DNA of 64,000 nucleotides. Origin: Intoshia linei (lineage: Eukaryota > Animalia > Orthonectida). Positions 13,354 through 34,310 of this stretch are shown in pieces. The notes beneath the pieces are model-generated. The model had not been told where the DNA came from. It saw only the letters and a list, made by a program, of their open reading frames with translations, and did no database searches. The DNA lies in NCBI GenBank assembly GCA_001642005.1, contig LWCA01000038.1:1-64000 (forward strand), written 5' to 3'. The translations under genes and the position numbers were made by a program. Each line of letters starts with the position of its first letter. Position 1 is the first letter of the stretch.

Positions 13354-14038
13354 ATGAATGAAGAGTGTATTAAATGTATTTCAATTGTTATCTTTGCTTC
13401 AAATTTGGTATCTGAAATGCTAAAATATATTTTAAAACAAAAAACTAGATAACCTCAATAATAATATTTGCTCTATCATTTTACGTCGAGGAAGCCCAAA
13501 TAAGATCAATATCGGTGACCTTATCAGTGGGTATCATAATTTGCGGTGTAGTAAATATTATACTAATAAATGTGAAAAAGTTTAATCACCTCAAAATACT
13601 GGTAATATGAACCATTTTACATTCATAATCAAATTTTATAGGAATGTATAATATCTGCATTTATTATTACACTGTGTTGTTTGTACATGCTTTTGACATT
13701 TACGTCTTATATAGAATTAACAATGGAACATCCAAAACTTACGAAAACAATTAAAAAACCTAAAACAGCAAGTTTTTTTGTATTTATCTTAAAATTTATA
13801 AATCATGTTGTGAAAATTGTTCCAGATAAAGGAAAAATAATCAATGACAGCCATCCTACCATTTTGCTGGTTGGAGGGGTAATTTTTGAAAAAAATCTTT
13901 TAATTTTTCATTTAGATATTTTCACTATTTACCTGTTTTAGTTCTATTATTTGGTGTTCCGTAACATTTTACTCAATTAATTTGAACGTTAATAGAAAAT
14001 ACATGTCTTTACAAACTAACCAAATAACCTGTCAGTAA
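13354..14038 (+). CDS. Uncharacterised four-transmembrane protein (~165-185 aa)
   Basis: Phase-consistent GT-AG splicing gives MNEECIKCISIVIFASNL/ITSIIIFALSFYVEEAQIRSISVTLSVGIIICGVVNIILINVKKFNHLKIL/ECIISAFIITLCCLYMLLTFTSYIELTMEHPKLTKTIKKPKTA..KGKIINDSHPTILLVGG/IFSLFTCFSSIIWCSVTFYSINLNVNRKYMSLQTNQITCQ*, with AATAAA at 14052. Confidence 0.7.
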
Positions 14039-14583
14039 TCATACACATCGAAATAAACATTAGATTATTTTTTAAATATATACTTAGTGTGATTTGTAGT
14101 GTGCAGTGATTCATATAAATACAAAGTAGAAATTAAATGTATTCTTAGTAAAAACTTAATATTTTTATTTTTTTTACTTAGTCTAAGACTTAGTTGGTTA
14201 TAAATAATTTAAATTACATTTTTATTAAATAACGTAAATATAATAAATTAATTGTAATAAATAAAAACGGCATAAACAAATGAATAAGTGTCAACAGTGA
14301 TTGCATAATAGTAAAAAAATTATCAAATCGTCAGTAGAGATAGTATAAGTAATAAAATATTTTGACATGCGTCAATAGTGATTGAATAACAGTCAATCCA
14401 GATAGTAAAATCCTATATATTAGCAGATTTCAAAGGTTGTTAAGAAAAATTTTATGATTCCGAATTACTATAATGGCAAATTTGAGTTTGACATGGATGT
14501 TATATTGAGACTTTACTGTAAAATCAATGAATTTATTATAGTGTAACGATAAGGGCAACATTAATGTTTTTAATATGACAATT

Positions 14584-17500
14584 TCAAGGTTCGTATTTTT
14601 CTCTAACCAACTTTAAAATTTCATCACAAGATTTTTTGGCATCACCAAAGAGCATATCAGTGTTTTCTTTAAAAAATACCTAAATTTCATATGATTTTAC
14701 ATGATTTAGTTGAGAATACCGGATTATCTACAGCGGCATATCCTACTCCAAGTGACCTTTTCATTATAATAACTTTTTTACTCTTCCAAACCTGAATAAC
14801 TGGCATGCCAGCAATGATGGAATTAGGATCCTCTTCAGCGGCTGAGTTTATAGTGTCGTTAGCCCCTATGACTAAAGTTAAATCGGTATTCAAAGTTTTA
14901 TCTTTCAATTCATCCATTTCAAATACTTTATCATATGGTACGCCAGCTTCAGCTAGTAAAACGTTTAACTGTCCGGGCATTCGTCCTATATTAATTTTAT
15001 TGACGGTTAATAAATAATAATAATAAATGATGAAGCTTTAGATGGAACCTATGGGCCACATGACCAAGGCCCAATATCAGGGTCTATTACAGTAAACTAT
15101 GTGTTATAAGAACTAAATAAAACAGTTGTTGTAACCAATGTTATTGTAGCAAATTTAATATTCTACTTTTTACATTTTAATTGTCATTTTAAAACAGTTT
15201 TTAATTGTATTTTCCTTTAATATACTCCAACATTGCGATATTGTTTGAATTTATTCGTGTAGATTGACACTGCAATGATTAATATCAAATGTTTCATTTT
15301 CCATATTCTTTTCTTCCATTTGAATCAATAAACGTTTGACTAAGCATTTCCGATATTCCTGTTTAATACATTTTATAATGGCAGCATCCAAGAATTGGGT
15401 TTTACCTGTAGTATTTTTAGGAAAAAAAATTAATTTAACATTAGTTAAAACTTGCAATGACGAATTTAAATTTGTGCTTATATCGAATTTATTTGTAGCT
15501 TATAACGAATGTGATTTTACTGTGTACGTACGATAGAAATCAAAATTTATTACTAAGCTGTTATTATAACGAGTGTTCTTATAACGCATAGTTTACTGTA
15601 TACTACATTAATTGTTAATATTGGAAAATGGATATTAAAAATTTTACATATTTATAATTTTTATAAATCTGCAAATCTAAATTAAAAAGTGCACATGGCC
15701 ATTGGTATTTTAACAGTAAAATTAAACAATGTAAAGAAAAAATAAAATTGTGAATCATTAAATTAGACATCTGATGGCTAAATTGGGGTTGAAATTCAAC
15801 TTGAATAGAATAATAATTTTTTTTATAATCCATGGGGGTGCATTACACAAAAAAGTTTAATAACCACTGGTGTAGTTACCTGCAATCGGATGAATACAAA
15901 ATTTAACATCTTTGCCCATTTTGGATAATATTTCTGTCAATTCAGCAATGGGGTACTGTGCTTTTGCAACACAAAGACCATATCCTGGTACAATCATTAT
16001 ATTTTTTGCATCCTGGATTAAATCTACAACAGAAATGGAAGACGTTTCTCTATGAGTTCCTTCAATTTTCATAGCTTTTCCGCCTGAATAAGACGACGTT
16101 CCAAAACCACCCAAAATGACATTTGGCAGAGATCTATTCATTGCCTAAGATTAGATGTAGTTAAATTGTAAATAAAAAACTTTGCACATTATGTAAGATA
16201 AAATTGCACCACTTGAACCTATCAAAGCTCCAACCATCGTACACAAAGAAGAATTCAACATGAAACCTTCCGCACATAAAGCCCATCCAGAATAACTATT
16301 CAATACTGTCACCACAACCGGCATGTCAGCTCCTAATTCATAAAATTTAAAATTATAATAATATCACAATACCTCCAATCGCAGCGGTTAAAGTTAATCC
16401 CATCACCGATGACAATCCTGCTGTAGAAGCCAACATTAAAGCTCCCGTGTTCCAATCTGGGTAATACACAAATGCACCCATCGCAAAAATGTTTGCAGCC
16501 ATCAAAGATGCGTTAAGAACATGTCTTCCTGGTAAAAGTAATGGATTGGATTTTAGAAATCCTATACAATATAGGTAAATAACTACATTCAAATTGACCA
16601 AACCTTGTAATTTTCCAAAAGCAACAATAGAACCGGTAAATGTAACTCCTAAAGATAATAATTATTAAACCTATCGAACGGTATAACACTTAAATTTTAA
16701 ATCTAAGAAAACTAAACTCGATCATCAAATGCATGTAATCAGAGGCGTTTTAAGGCATGGGCAATATGGGCTGTAGCCCAGGGCCCTCATTAAAAAAAGC
16801 CCTTAAATTAATAAAAGTACTTTACATATATATCTGAAAAAGAGGCCCCAATTTATTAAAAAATACTTCACATTTATATCTTAAGAATCAGTTTATAAGT
16901 TTTGAAGTGTGGGAATTCAAATAGCTAAAAAGAAAATAGTTTAAAGAATCAAAGTTCTGGTAATTATTCAATTTAAAATATAATGCTTTTATTAATACTC
17001 AATGAAATAAGACTTTAAGTCTCAAACCAATAGTATGCCCTGTTCTATATAGGGGACCTATTTTTTTAATCGTTTGCTCGAAATTTTAAAGGGCCCGGCC
17101 CTTTTCTTAGACCAGGGCCACGAAGTGGCTTAATACGGCTCTGCATGTAATTGATACAAAGTCCAGTAACAAACAGATACTAACCATAAAATGGGTCTTA
17201 TTATTTTATTTTCAAAAAAATTAAATTTTACGCAAAGTTGAGTAAACGTTCCAATTTACTGACCCTTAAGTCACTCAAGTTCACTGTACTGTGTATAACT
17301 TAAAAACATAAAAATAAAACCTCCAATAAATGTTCCTAGAAATAGAGCGGTTTTTGTGGAAACAGCGTTAGCGGCATCATTAGAGAAACTGCTATATTCA
17401 TGCAAAAAGTCAGCTCCACACGTCACCATTGCAGCAACTCCAACTAAACTGTGGAACAATGCAACCATTTGTGGCAAATTTGTGACATTTAAACGATTAG

Positions 17501-20500
17501 CAAAAAATGAACCAATAAATCCACCTAAAAAATTGAGTAAATTTACTTTATATATCAACCTGCTCCGATTATAGATAGCATTTGTGTCAACAATGCAGCA
17601 CTCGGTTGAACTAAAGCCATAGTCGCCATTAATCCTGAAGATACTCCAATTAACCCTAGAGCGTTCCCTAAAATACAAAATAAACATAATGCATTTGCAA
17701 AACTATACCAGATCTCGCAGTTTTTTGAGATGACAACCCATTAATAGCTCCAATACAACTAAGTGCCGAAGCTAAATATACCATTTGATGTAAATTAGAA
17801 GAAACTAATGAGTCATTCATTAACGTCCAACCATAACCTCCAAGCAATGTAGCTGCTGGAGCCAACAACAAATAATTGTATTCACTAGGCGAACCTATTC
17901 ATTTTTATAATAAACATTATAACATCCAACCCTGTCTCTTAAACATGTTCAACATTCTTTGCGTGATTGTAAATCCACCACCAATATTTATAGCAGAAAC
18001 AAATGTAGCCAATGCAGCAAGATATTGAATTGTATTTTCAGGATAATAACCACCTCCCATCAACATTAACCCAGCAGCGGCGGTTAAACCTGAAATTGCA
18101 TTAGTTACAGACATGAGTGGTGAATGTAGTGCAGGAGTAACTCCCCATACAGTGTGGTATCCAACTAAAGAAGACAATCCCAACGTTCCCACCATTGATG
18201 TAAATGCTGGGTTTGGTGACACAACGCCCAAGGCCAAAGCTGTACTGGCACCAGTAGTATACATAAGTGATCTGTTTACAGATTTTTTTAAATTTACAGA
18301 TATCAGATTGTTTTTAATCTCTTTTTTATGTTCAATTGCAATTTTTTGTGGTTTTGGAGATGGATTTGGTAATTGAGGAGGCGGCCATAATAATTTACCC
18401 TATATTGAAATGAGAATATAAAAATAAAAAATATACATCATGTAAAACAGTACAGCCGCGAATAATTTCGTCTTTTAAATTTATTGAAAAATTTTTTTCT
18501 TTGTCGACTAAAATTAACATAAAAATCATGTATAATAGTGTATAATCAATTTCAACAATTACCCCTTTTAAAATTATAATATTAAATATAGATGCTTATT
18601 TTAACTAACACGTAAAATGCACATCAGATGTGGGGAATTCCCACTGTGGATCCTCATGACCGCCTCAGGTTGTTTTTAAGAATATATTCATAAAACACAT
18701 TTGAATTATAAATTTTAATAAAATAAATATTTAATTTAAATTTGAAATTAAAAAAATAATTGTTTTCATGATTAATCATTATTTTTTGAGGAAAATGAAG
18801 TATTTTAGTGTTTTTTCATGATTTTAAATATATAAAACAAAGAAACTAATGATACAAAAAAACTACTCAACTCTCACGAATCTGCATAATTTTACATATC
18901 GTCACATTTTTATGAAAATTAATCGATTAAAACAAACACAATTCAATTTTTAACTCGGCTTTTAAAGAGTTCATATTACTTTTTTTCATTAAAATGTATT
19001 TAATACGTTATTGATGTTAATTAAGAAATATAGAAATTTGCGTACGAAAACCATAAAAAGGCTAAATCAGTGGTTCTCAACATTTTATACTTCGACCCCC
19101 TTATTAACAAAAAAAATTTTCGCGATCCCTCTATTTATTACGGACAAACGAAATTTTTTTCGTATATCTTAAATATTAACATAACTTAATTCCATTGATC
19201 AATTCTTGTATGATAAAAAATTTTTCGAATGAGTTTAAAATAAATTTATTATATTACATATTTTTAAATTATAGTCAAATCTTTTCAACCTTAAAAAAAA
19301 TTATGTCTAATGACTAAAAATATAAAATTACTTTAAATTAAGATAAATTTGCCTCTTTAACATTTCTTTACTATCATTTACTAATTCTTTAATTTTTACC
19401 GGAAACCCAGATTTTGACCCAAACATAGGTCAAATTATATATATATATTATTTATTATATTATTAATTATTAATAAGGGCATTAATATTATGATATATAG
19501 GTTGAATAGGTGCACCATCAGTACAAACAGCGCATATATTGTTCCCATTTAAATTTCTTTTAATAAAGACATCAATTTTTTATAAATATAAATTGTTTTT
19601 GTATTTGTAAGAGAGTTACAAAATAATATTCTTCCTTAATTTCATTGAAATGAATATACCTCACAAAAAAATAAAACTAAACAATCAAATAATTTATAAA
19701 AAATTGCGACCCCTAAAGGCCGCAATCCGTTTTTTCTGTAATTTTTTATAATAATATATTTTCTATGGATTTTTAAGTACTCTCTTTAGCGTGGTATATG
19801 TATTTTCAACAAAAATCATTATTAGTAAAAAACGAACAGCCCTAATATATACCTTGTTCTAGAAGACTTAATGATAGTCTCATCCTTGGAATTAATTAAA
19901 AAATCTTGGTGGACAGGTTGAAAAACCTCTATTAATAACAATATATTGCGATGTTTTTTAAAATTTTTAAAAAATTTCGGCAATTTTTTGACTGACCCAT
20001 CGTGTCCGTTAACTTAAAGTTTTCCCACCATTAAAATTTTTAAATTCAAATTTATAAATGTTTTTTTCGTAATTATGATTATTAGCTTTTAAATTTTCAA
20101 AAATATCGAAATATTATGTTTTGTTTGTGGTTATTACCATTCGAGCGTCATATTTGGATATGATTAGTTAATCACCAACCCAGACGAGAACCTACTGTAC
20201 TCTGAGATTCTCTTTGGAACCTCGACAAATTCTTGTAAATTGGTAGGTCTTTTTCAAAATTGAACATTAAAAATAATAATATTCTTGAATATCATAACTA
20301 TTTTGTGTGTTAATTGAAAATATCAAATTAAGACTATTAAAGGTGTGACTATGGCTATATTACACTACGTGGTGTTTGAGAAAAAATTTTGGCTAGCTTG
20401 GTAGGTACGCCTCAGCACCAACATACTGCTGGAATTGTTGTATATTTTATATGTATTTAATTTACACGATTTAACCATTCATTAACCATAATATAGATTT

Positions 20501-23500
20501 ATAAAATAAAATCATAATGAAAAATTTTATCAATGCAATACACACTCTCCTATTTCAAGTGCACGTAATTATAATTTTTGGAATATATTTATATCATACC
20601 AAACATATTTAATAAATTGGAAATTGTATTGGAATATAAATGAGAGCTTTGTCTAGGCAAACGACTTGGAAAATCAATTATTCCAATGTGCGTAACACCC
20701 GAATATTTATAAATTTCGTTCCGTTTTGTTGTTTCAATGTTTCCTCCAGCATCAGCTGCTAAATCAACTACAACAGAGCCATTTTTCATAGATTCAATCA
20801 TTTTCTAAAATTTTAAATATACACGTGTCGCCCTCATGGTTCAACAAGTGACAACATTTGGTCAGGTTTTCAATTAATGTAATTAATTGATTGATTTGAA
20901 CACATTATTAATCAATAATTAAAGAAAGTTTAAAACAGTGCTCCCAAAGCGGTCCGCGGCGCGGTTTTATTGGAGTCACTGATGGATATAGGTACACAGT
21001 TTAGTATTAAAATGCAGAATGCGCTTCGTGGAAATTTTTTTGGAAAATATTTCAATAGAAATACAATAAATATTACAATTATAATTATTAAATTTAAAAT
21101 TATCGTTTTATAAAATTTTGTCTAGTAATATAATTTTTGTAAGTCTAAATTTTAAAATTTAATAAATTTTATAGTAAATTACCAATCTGTGATGAAGAAA
21201 TTATGGGAACCCCGATTTAATCTGTACGAAATATAATTCATTAATATAAAATTTTTGGGATCCACCATTTTGTCACATGATTTAGATTTAAAGTTTAGAC
21301 AGCCGGATGCAACATTAAAATATTTACGGGTGTATGAAATGTCACTAGTTTATATAATAAATTTAAATGTTATCAAAAATAAATGTAAATTTTTAATAAT
21401 ACATCATACAAATATTGTACTAGAATACTAATGAACCATTAAGAACAAGAATTCAATTGTATACTATTAACCTTCCATAAAAAAATAAAAATAATGTGAT
21501 TAATTTGATATTATTATTGTATTAAAATCCTTACTTACATAAAATATTTAGTTAAAAATTCTATATTTCTATTACAGTTTTTTGAGTGATGTTTTATCTC
21601 TATAATGCAAATTTCATTTTTAGAAATTGAGTCCTTTAAGTTCAAAATCCCCATCATCCTTTTTTTTTAAATTCAAACCAATCCTAGAATTATAAACAAT
21701 ATGATCAAGATTTTAAAATCATCAACATTATGATAAATTTCAAAATCTTGTATCTTCACTATCAAAACCACAAATTACTTTTTTTTTAAATGAAAGTTCA
21801 GAAAGATGTGGGATAGGTTTTAAAATTATGATCAATATCATAAATAATAACCTAAAAAGGTAATTTTCACGGTCAAAAACCCAGATTACATTTTTTTTAA
21901 AAATGAAAACAATCCTAGAATTTTAAAAAAATTTCAAATGATACATGTATATCCTGTTAACAAAAAATTTGAAATAATTAACGGTCCTACAATTAAAAAA
22001 AAGATTTTTTTTGATACAGCTTATTCCAATTGATATATATACAAAATTTCAACGCCAGAAATCTACAAATCTATAAAAATTGACAATGTAAATATTGATC
22101 TTACAATTTCAAAAAAAATGTGCATTGAACGTCTCCACATTTCTAATAAAGAGATTTGGGTGGATATATCATAAATTGATTCCTTCAGTTTTTTTCATTG
22201 CTACACAATTTTTTATTTTCAAAAATTTTAAAATCACGACGCATGGAAAATTCAAAAATGTAATTTTTTTAATCAAGAGTAACACAGGTAGACATTCAAT
22301 TTTATATACAAAAATAATTATTTTGTAAGTAAGGATTAATGCATGCAACACAAAATTTGATTTTATCTTGAATTCGAGTTATTCATATGTCAATAAAATA
22401 TATACAGTATTTCTCTCTCTAATTCGCCATTTTTGGAACTTGACATAATTTTTGGGCTGTAGAGAAACAATAACCGCAGAAACCCATATACACATGTAAT
22501 ATTAATTATTATTTAAATTTTTTTGATACTTTGACCTTGGCCCCTGTAAATTTTCCAAAAATACGTTAATACATTGTAGACTCTACAATGCTTCTCATAA
22601 GGATGACTGGTCACCCAAAGGGTTGAATAATTTTATTAGGGGGTCAATACGAAAATTTTAGATGATTGTAGACAAATTAAAAATTTTAACATATTTCATT
22701 CAATCATTCAATTTAAAATCTTATGAGAAAAAACCAACATTTTACCAATCCATAAGGAAAAAACTCTCTTTTACCAATATTTTTTTGAAAAATCCCATTT
22801 TACCAAACTTTTAGAACAAAAACCACTCTATCTAATCGGGAGCCGTTTTAAGACATGGGTAATATGGGCTGTAGCCCAGGATCACTCATTAAAAAAGGCC
22901 TCAAAATTAATAAAAGTACTTCACACTTATATCTTAAAAAGAGACCCAATTTATTAAAAAATACTTCAGATTTATATCTTAAGAAGCAGTTTATAAGTTT
23001 TAAAGTGTGGGAATTCAAATAGCTAGAAAGAAAATAGTTTAAAGAATCAAAGTTCTGGTAAATTATTCAATTTAAAATATATTCTACAATATTCATCATA
23101 TAATATTGACATAAAAACTGTTTCAAATAATAATATTAAACATTAAAACCTTTCTTATAAGTGAATATTCAAAAAAGAAAATCTTTGATTTTCTCTTATT
23201 AATTTTCAAAAAAGGGGCCCTAATTTTTTTTTATCGCTTCGCTCAAAACTTTAAAAGGGCCTCCGCCCCTTTGCTTAGCCCAGAGCCACGAATTAACTTA
23301 AAACGGCTCTGATCTGATCCGATAAGAAAAAATCTAATTTTACCAAACTTAAATAAAAAAACCCATTTTACGAACGTTTTAGGACAAAAACCACTCTATC
23401 TGATCCCAAAAAAACTCTACAGTGTAGAGCAGTGATTCCCAACCTGTGGCTAATTTCATATTTTCATGGGTAATCGCAAAATTTAATGAAAAATAAGAAT

Positions 23501-25070
23501 TTTTTTATTTTTTTACGCGCATGCACAGTGATGTATAAAATATAATTTTGACATTAAAAAAATAAAAAAAAGTTTCCCTTTTTTTTAAATAAAATCAGCC
23601 CTATAAAATAAATAAATGATTTTATTTTATAAAATTAGCTTTTTTTTATGTTATGTTATGTATTATGTTAAAAATTTGTATGGCTTATTCTAAATAAACC
23701 TGAGCATCCAATATGCAGTTAAAAAATATTGTGGGTAATATCAAAATAAGTATAATTGTACTCTAATATGGGTAGTAAAAAAGGTTGGAAAACACTGGTG
23801 TAGAGTATCGACGAACTAAGGAACTTTCCAATTATAGAGAGAATTTTATATAATATAGAAGCCCTTGGTAGAGCTAAATACTGTTTGTACGCATTACGAA
23901 ACATTTAACATACAGTTTAAAGTAAAATTGAAATACGTCAAGTCAATAATTCCAAAGATTTCTACAGTGAGAAAACATGGACAATAGACATGTAACATTA
24001 AAACTGAAATATCCAACCTTTGTTATAAGCAACGGAGCTGATTGACCAGGAATTAAAGCAGTAGTTATAATCATATCAACATCTTTAGCTTGTTTTTCGA
24101 ATAAAGCCAATTCTGCTTGATGAAATTCGTCCGACATTTTTTTAGCATATCCACCACCTCCTTCACCAGCTTCCTAATTGCCTTAAAATAATAAATTGAC
24201 AAATTAACCTTAATAGAAACTGTCAAAAACTCTGCCCCCATAGATTCAACTTGTTCTTTAACTTCGGCTCGTGTATCAAACACTCTAACAATCGCTCCCA
24301 GATTTTTGGCGGTAGCAGTAGCAGATAACCCAGCGACACCACCACCTACTACTAGGACCTAATTTTTAAAATTACCTACATAAAAACCGAATGAATAAAT
24401 ACTTTAGCCGGCGGTATATTCCCTGCCGCAGTTATCTGTCCTAAATATAAAATAATAAGATTATCCGATATACATGTATTAAAAAATAGATACCGCCAAA
24501 AAATCTTCCAAAATAGTTGGATGCGTCAATAACCGCCCTATACCCGCCAATATTTCCCATAGCACTCAAAGCATCTACAGATTGAGCTCTAGTGATTCTG
24601 GGTATACAATCCATACCAAAAAGATTAATATTTTTTTCTTTGAGTTTTTCAATAATTTGTGTATTTTTAGATGGATAGGCAAAGCAAAAAATGTTTGATT
24701 TATTTTTCATTTTGGAAATTTCTTCAATTGTAGGTATTTGCATTTTTAATAGAATGTCACTCTGTAAAACTTGATCATTAGGCAAAATTTTGCTACCGGC
24801 AGATTCATATTCCTTGTCCGAATAACTGGCATGTTCACCAGCATTCGTACTAACTACAACGTGATAACCCAGATCAATCAACTTTTTAACATGATCCGGT
24901 ATTAAGGAAACTCTTTTTTCAGTTTCAGAATACTGTGAATCTTTAGTTACTCCAATAGTTAATGATTTAATTGGTACTTTTAAATCATTGCTTTGACTCA
25001 AATATGATTTTTGGAATTTTTTGTAATTTTTACAAAAATTGGACAAAGTTTTACCTCTAATACAATACAT
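14584..25070 (-). CDS. NNT: Mitochondrial proton-translocating NAD(P) transhydrogenase, fused dI-dII-dIII, multi-exon
   Basis: [120 protein letters not shown]. Presequence-like N-terminus; stop at 14586-14584. Confidence 0.97.
15090..15598 (-). mobile_element. Internally deleted pogo/Tigger-like transposon in an NNT intron
   Basis: TIR CAGTAAACTATGYGTTATAAGAAC at both ends with TA on both sides. Internal [34 protein letters not shown] resembles the pogo DDE motif LP.NTT..LQP.D.GII. Confidence 0.85.
16740..17143. mobile_element. hAT MITE
   Basis: TIR CAGAGSCGTWTTAAG; perfect 8-bp TSD CATGTAAT; second copy at 22838. Confidence 0.9.
19068..19730 (-). mobile_element. Degenerate hAT (Buster/Charlie) element with transposase remnants
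   Basis: Terminus CAGTGGTTCTCAAC at 19068. Minus-strand remnants [19 protein letters not shown] and [11 protein letters not shown] (catalytic Asp motif). Confidence 0.75.
20170..20432. repeat. Old dispersed repeat, probably a TIR element; related copies at ~42155-42480 and ~48265-48546
   Basis: Shared blocks TTTTYCAAAATTGA, ATCATAACTATTT and TGACA(CT)ACGYATTGTT..AAAAAATTT across the three loci. Confidence 0.5.
21528..22320 (+). mobile_element. Helitron family copy
   Basis: Begins A|TCCTTACTTACATAAA; family modules follow. Confidence 0.75.
22838..23311. mobile_element. hAT MITE (same family as 16740)
   Basis: Near-identical left arm to 16740; TSD ATCTAATC/ATCTGATC. Confidence 0.85.
23430..23797. 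mobile_element. hAT Buster/Charlie-type MITE
   Basis: TIR CAGTGWTTYCCAACC; perfect TSD GTGTAGAG (NNNTANNN). Confidence 0.9.
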
Positions 25071-25269
25071 GTCTAATTTGTGAAACTATCGCAATATTCA
25101 CTGATAATTTTCAAGATTTATAGAAATTCTTGCTTTGATACAATGTCAAATTTTTAACTTCATTAACCTTGTAAAAACTTGGAAACTAACATTTATTGGA
25201 TAATCATTGAAAAGTTGTATTACATTTTATTGTGTACATTTGTTGAACTGCCAATATCTGCATCTCAAT
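25071..25269. promoter_or_regulatory. Putative bidirectional promoter between NNT and IDH2
   Basis: 199 bp between divergent ATGs (25070 minus, 25270 plus); no TE sequence recognised; ATTGG at 25195 and CCAAT at 25251. Confidence 0.65.
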
Positions 25270-31809
<6,540 letters not shown>

Positions 31810-32078
31810 TCAATTTTAATAATCAACAATAATTCAATCATAATATTGTCTAATTTTAATTAATAAAATTATTTTAATTTTATTCAAATTTTAAAAATTA
31901 TTACAAGAATGTACTTTTAATACAATAATTGCATGTTCATATTTTACCGAGTTTATTGAAATGTATATGCCAAATTTCGAACTTACTGTAGCATTTTTAT
32001 CAACTTTATACGTTTTTTTTTTTAATAAATTTTGTAAAATATACATGAAGAATTTATTTAAATGTATATTTTTTAAAT

Positions 32079-33186
32079 TTAAACTAAATTTCTCGTTACG
32101 ACATCCATTTCGTTGTTTAGAGTAATATTGGATAATTCAAATTTTTTTTTTTTATAATTTTTTAAAGTGTAATTATTTCGGTATAACCGCACAGATGCAA
32201 CCAAGTAATTAATTTCATTAAATATTTCCAATGCTGTTATGAAATAATGATTTAGGTAGGTAAACGTTTTCTAAAATAAATATATTACAGTAACTGGGAA
32301 GCCAATCTTTATATTTTTTCATACTCTTTACATCACTTAAAAATAAAAATTCCCAGAAATGCTTAAAAAATACATGTTCCCAGTTTCATCCGTATTTTAT
32401 GATTATAAAATATTAAAACAGATAAATGTAAATGTATGATTAAAATAAATAAATACAAATATTACAAAATAATAGAGGTAATCGTAAACTTCCTGGATAA
32501 ATCTAACACATAATAAACAATTTACAAAAGAAGATGAAATAATATGTAAATGTGCACTGTTATATTGATCAAATTTCTAAATTAATGTATTAAAAATGAA
32601 TCAACGTTTATTACCATCTGTAACCAGTAATAATAAAATATTAAATAAACGAGAACTATATCGATGGATCCTTTTATGACATTAATCACTTCAAATTGGC
32701 TAAATGAATCTAAAATGACATTAATTTAATGCCAGGTAGTCAAACTTTGCGTTGGATCAAAAATATTTTTTTATCATGACTAATTATAATAATATTTTAG
32801 TATTGCAAAAAAAAACTGTCCCAGTAGGTATGATGTATGATTTTCAATTTAGAAAGATAAAAGTATCCATTAAACATATCAAGGTGACAACCAGGGTTTC
32901 CATTTTCTAGTTTTACAATACCTTCATATTTTGCCTCATACACGTAACTACTTTATGGCGATGTAGTAGATGGGCGTTTATCAAGACTTGCTTACGAAAA
33001 TGATTAATGTAGAAGATGTTAAAATGGCATATGAAAACTGTTTTAAAATAAATTAATACCGGCTAGTATATTGCTTGTTAGTCCAATAATTGATACCAAT
33101 ATGCCACATATTCTAATGCACTACTTAGTTGATTAGTTAAATATATAATTTATTACCAATAATATTAAATTAAACTTGTAGTCCAT
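32079..33186 (-). CDS. Highly divergent multi-pass (7TM/GPCR-like) membrane protein, possibly pseudogenised
   Basis: GT-AG-bounded exons: MDYKFNLILL/CIRICGILVSIIGLTSNILAG ... YVYEAKYEGIVKLENGNPGCHLDMFNGYF.../SFSQFEVINVIKGSIDIVLVYLIFYYYWLQM/KFDQYNSAHLHIISSSFVNCLLCVRFIQEVYDYLYYF/HFWEFLF..WLPSY/SLEIFNEINYLVASVRLYRNN...NLV*, with AATAAA ~20 nt after the stop. The segment ~33060-32950 could not be joined without frameshifts. Confidence 0.45.
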
Positions 33187-33406
33187 ATTTACTTCATTGT
33201 TGACATTGGGAATTTATTTTTTTACATACTACGTTTTACAGATTTACAGGTATTGTACTAACAGGGACCAAGATGTGGGTCATTATATAATAAAAACTAT
33301 TGTAATTAATTGACTGTTATGTTCTTTGACTGGTGGGACGTTTCTATATATATTTTAACATTTTTATCATCATTAATTATATTCATTTACAGTTAATTTA
33401 TTAATA

Positions 33407-34310
33407 TCCTTACTTATATAAAGTAAATTAGTTAAAAATGTATGTCTATTTGTTTGTCTGTTCCAGTTTATTTAAGAAAGTAAGAGGAGCCGAGTTTTAA
33501 AAATTCCATATTTCTATTACAGTTTTTCGAGAATGTTGTTTTATCGCAAATTTCATTTTGAGAAGTTGAATCTTTCAAGGTCAAAAACCCAATCTTCCTT
33601 TTTTTAAATTCAAAATAGTCCCATAATTATAAGAAATATACAATCTGATCACGATTTTAAAATCATCAACATTATCATTATTTTCAATTTCAAAATCTTA
33701 TGTCTTTACGGTCAAAACCACAACTTATCCTTTTTTGTAAAAATTAAAAAAAATCATAAGCATTATCATAAATGGTAACCTCAAAAAAGATAATTTTCAC
33801 GATCAAAATCAGATTAATTTTTTTTAAAAATTAAACTATCCCTAGAAATTAAAAAAAATTAAAAATGATAGTTATATCCTGTTAATACACACAAAAAAAT
33901 TTCAATCTGAAAAAGCGACGTCTTCACGGTCAAAAACGCACTTTTATTTTTTATTCATTTTTTTATTTTGAAACTATTTTATTAAAATGCAAAATTTGAA
34001 ATAATTAATAATCCTACAATTAAAAAAAATTATTCTGATATAGCTTATTCCAGTTGATATAAATACATAATTTTAACCTGAAAAATCTACGCATTTCGGT
34101 TAAAAATAATTTTTAATACATTATCAACCAATATTTTTCAAATATTTCGATTAAAATAAAAATGAAAATGCAAATTCATCCTACAAGTTCAAAAAAATGT
34201 GTATTGAACGTCTACACATTTCTAATAAAAAAGTATGAGTGGAAAAAGTATATAATTGAATTGTATTCAGATTTTTCATTTTCAAATATCATTTCAAAAA
34301 GTTTAAAATC
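33407..34310 (+). mobile_element. Helitron family copy
   Basis: A|TCCTTACTTATATAAAGTAAA...; collinear with 40515-41460. Confidence 0.8.

Noticed and set aside
14805-18376. Plus-strand ORFs at 14805, 17356 and 18113, and similar antisense ORFs at 1108, 5391, 10097, 26058, 36051, 57018-57501 and 61458
   Set aside because: Antisense shadows of real exons.
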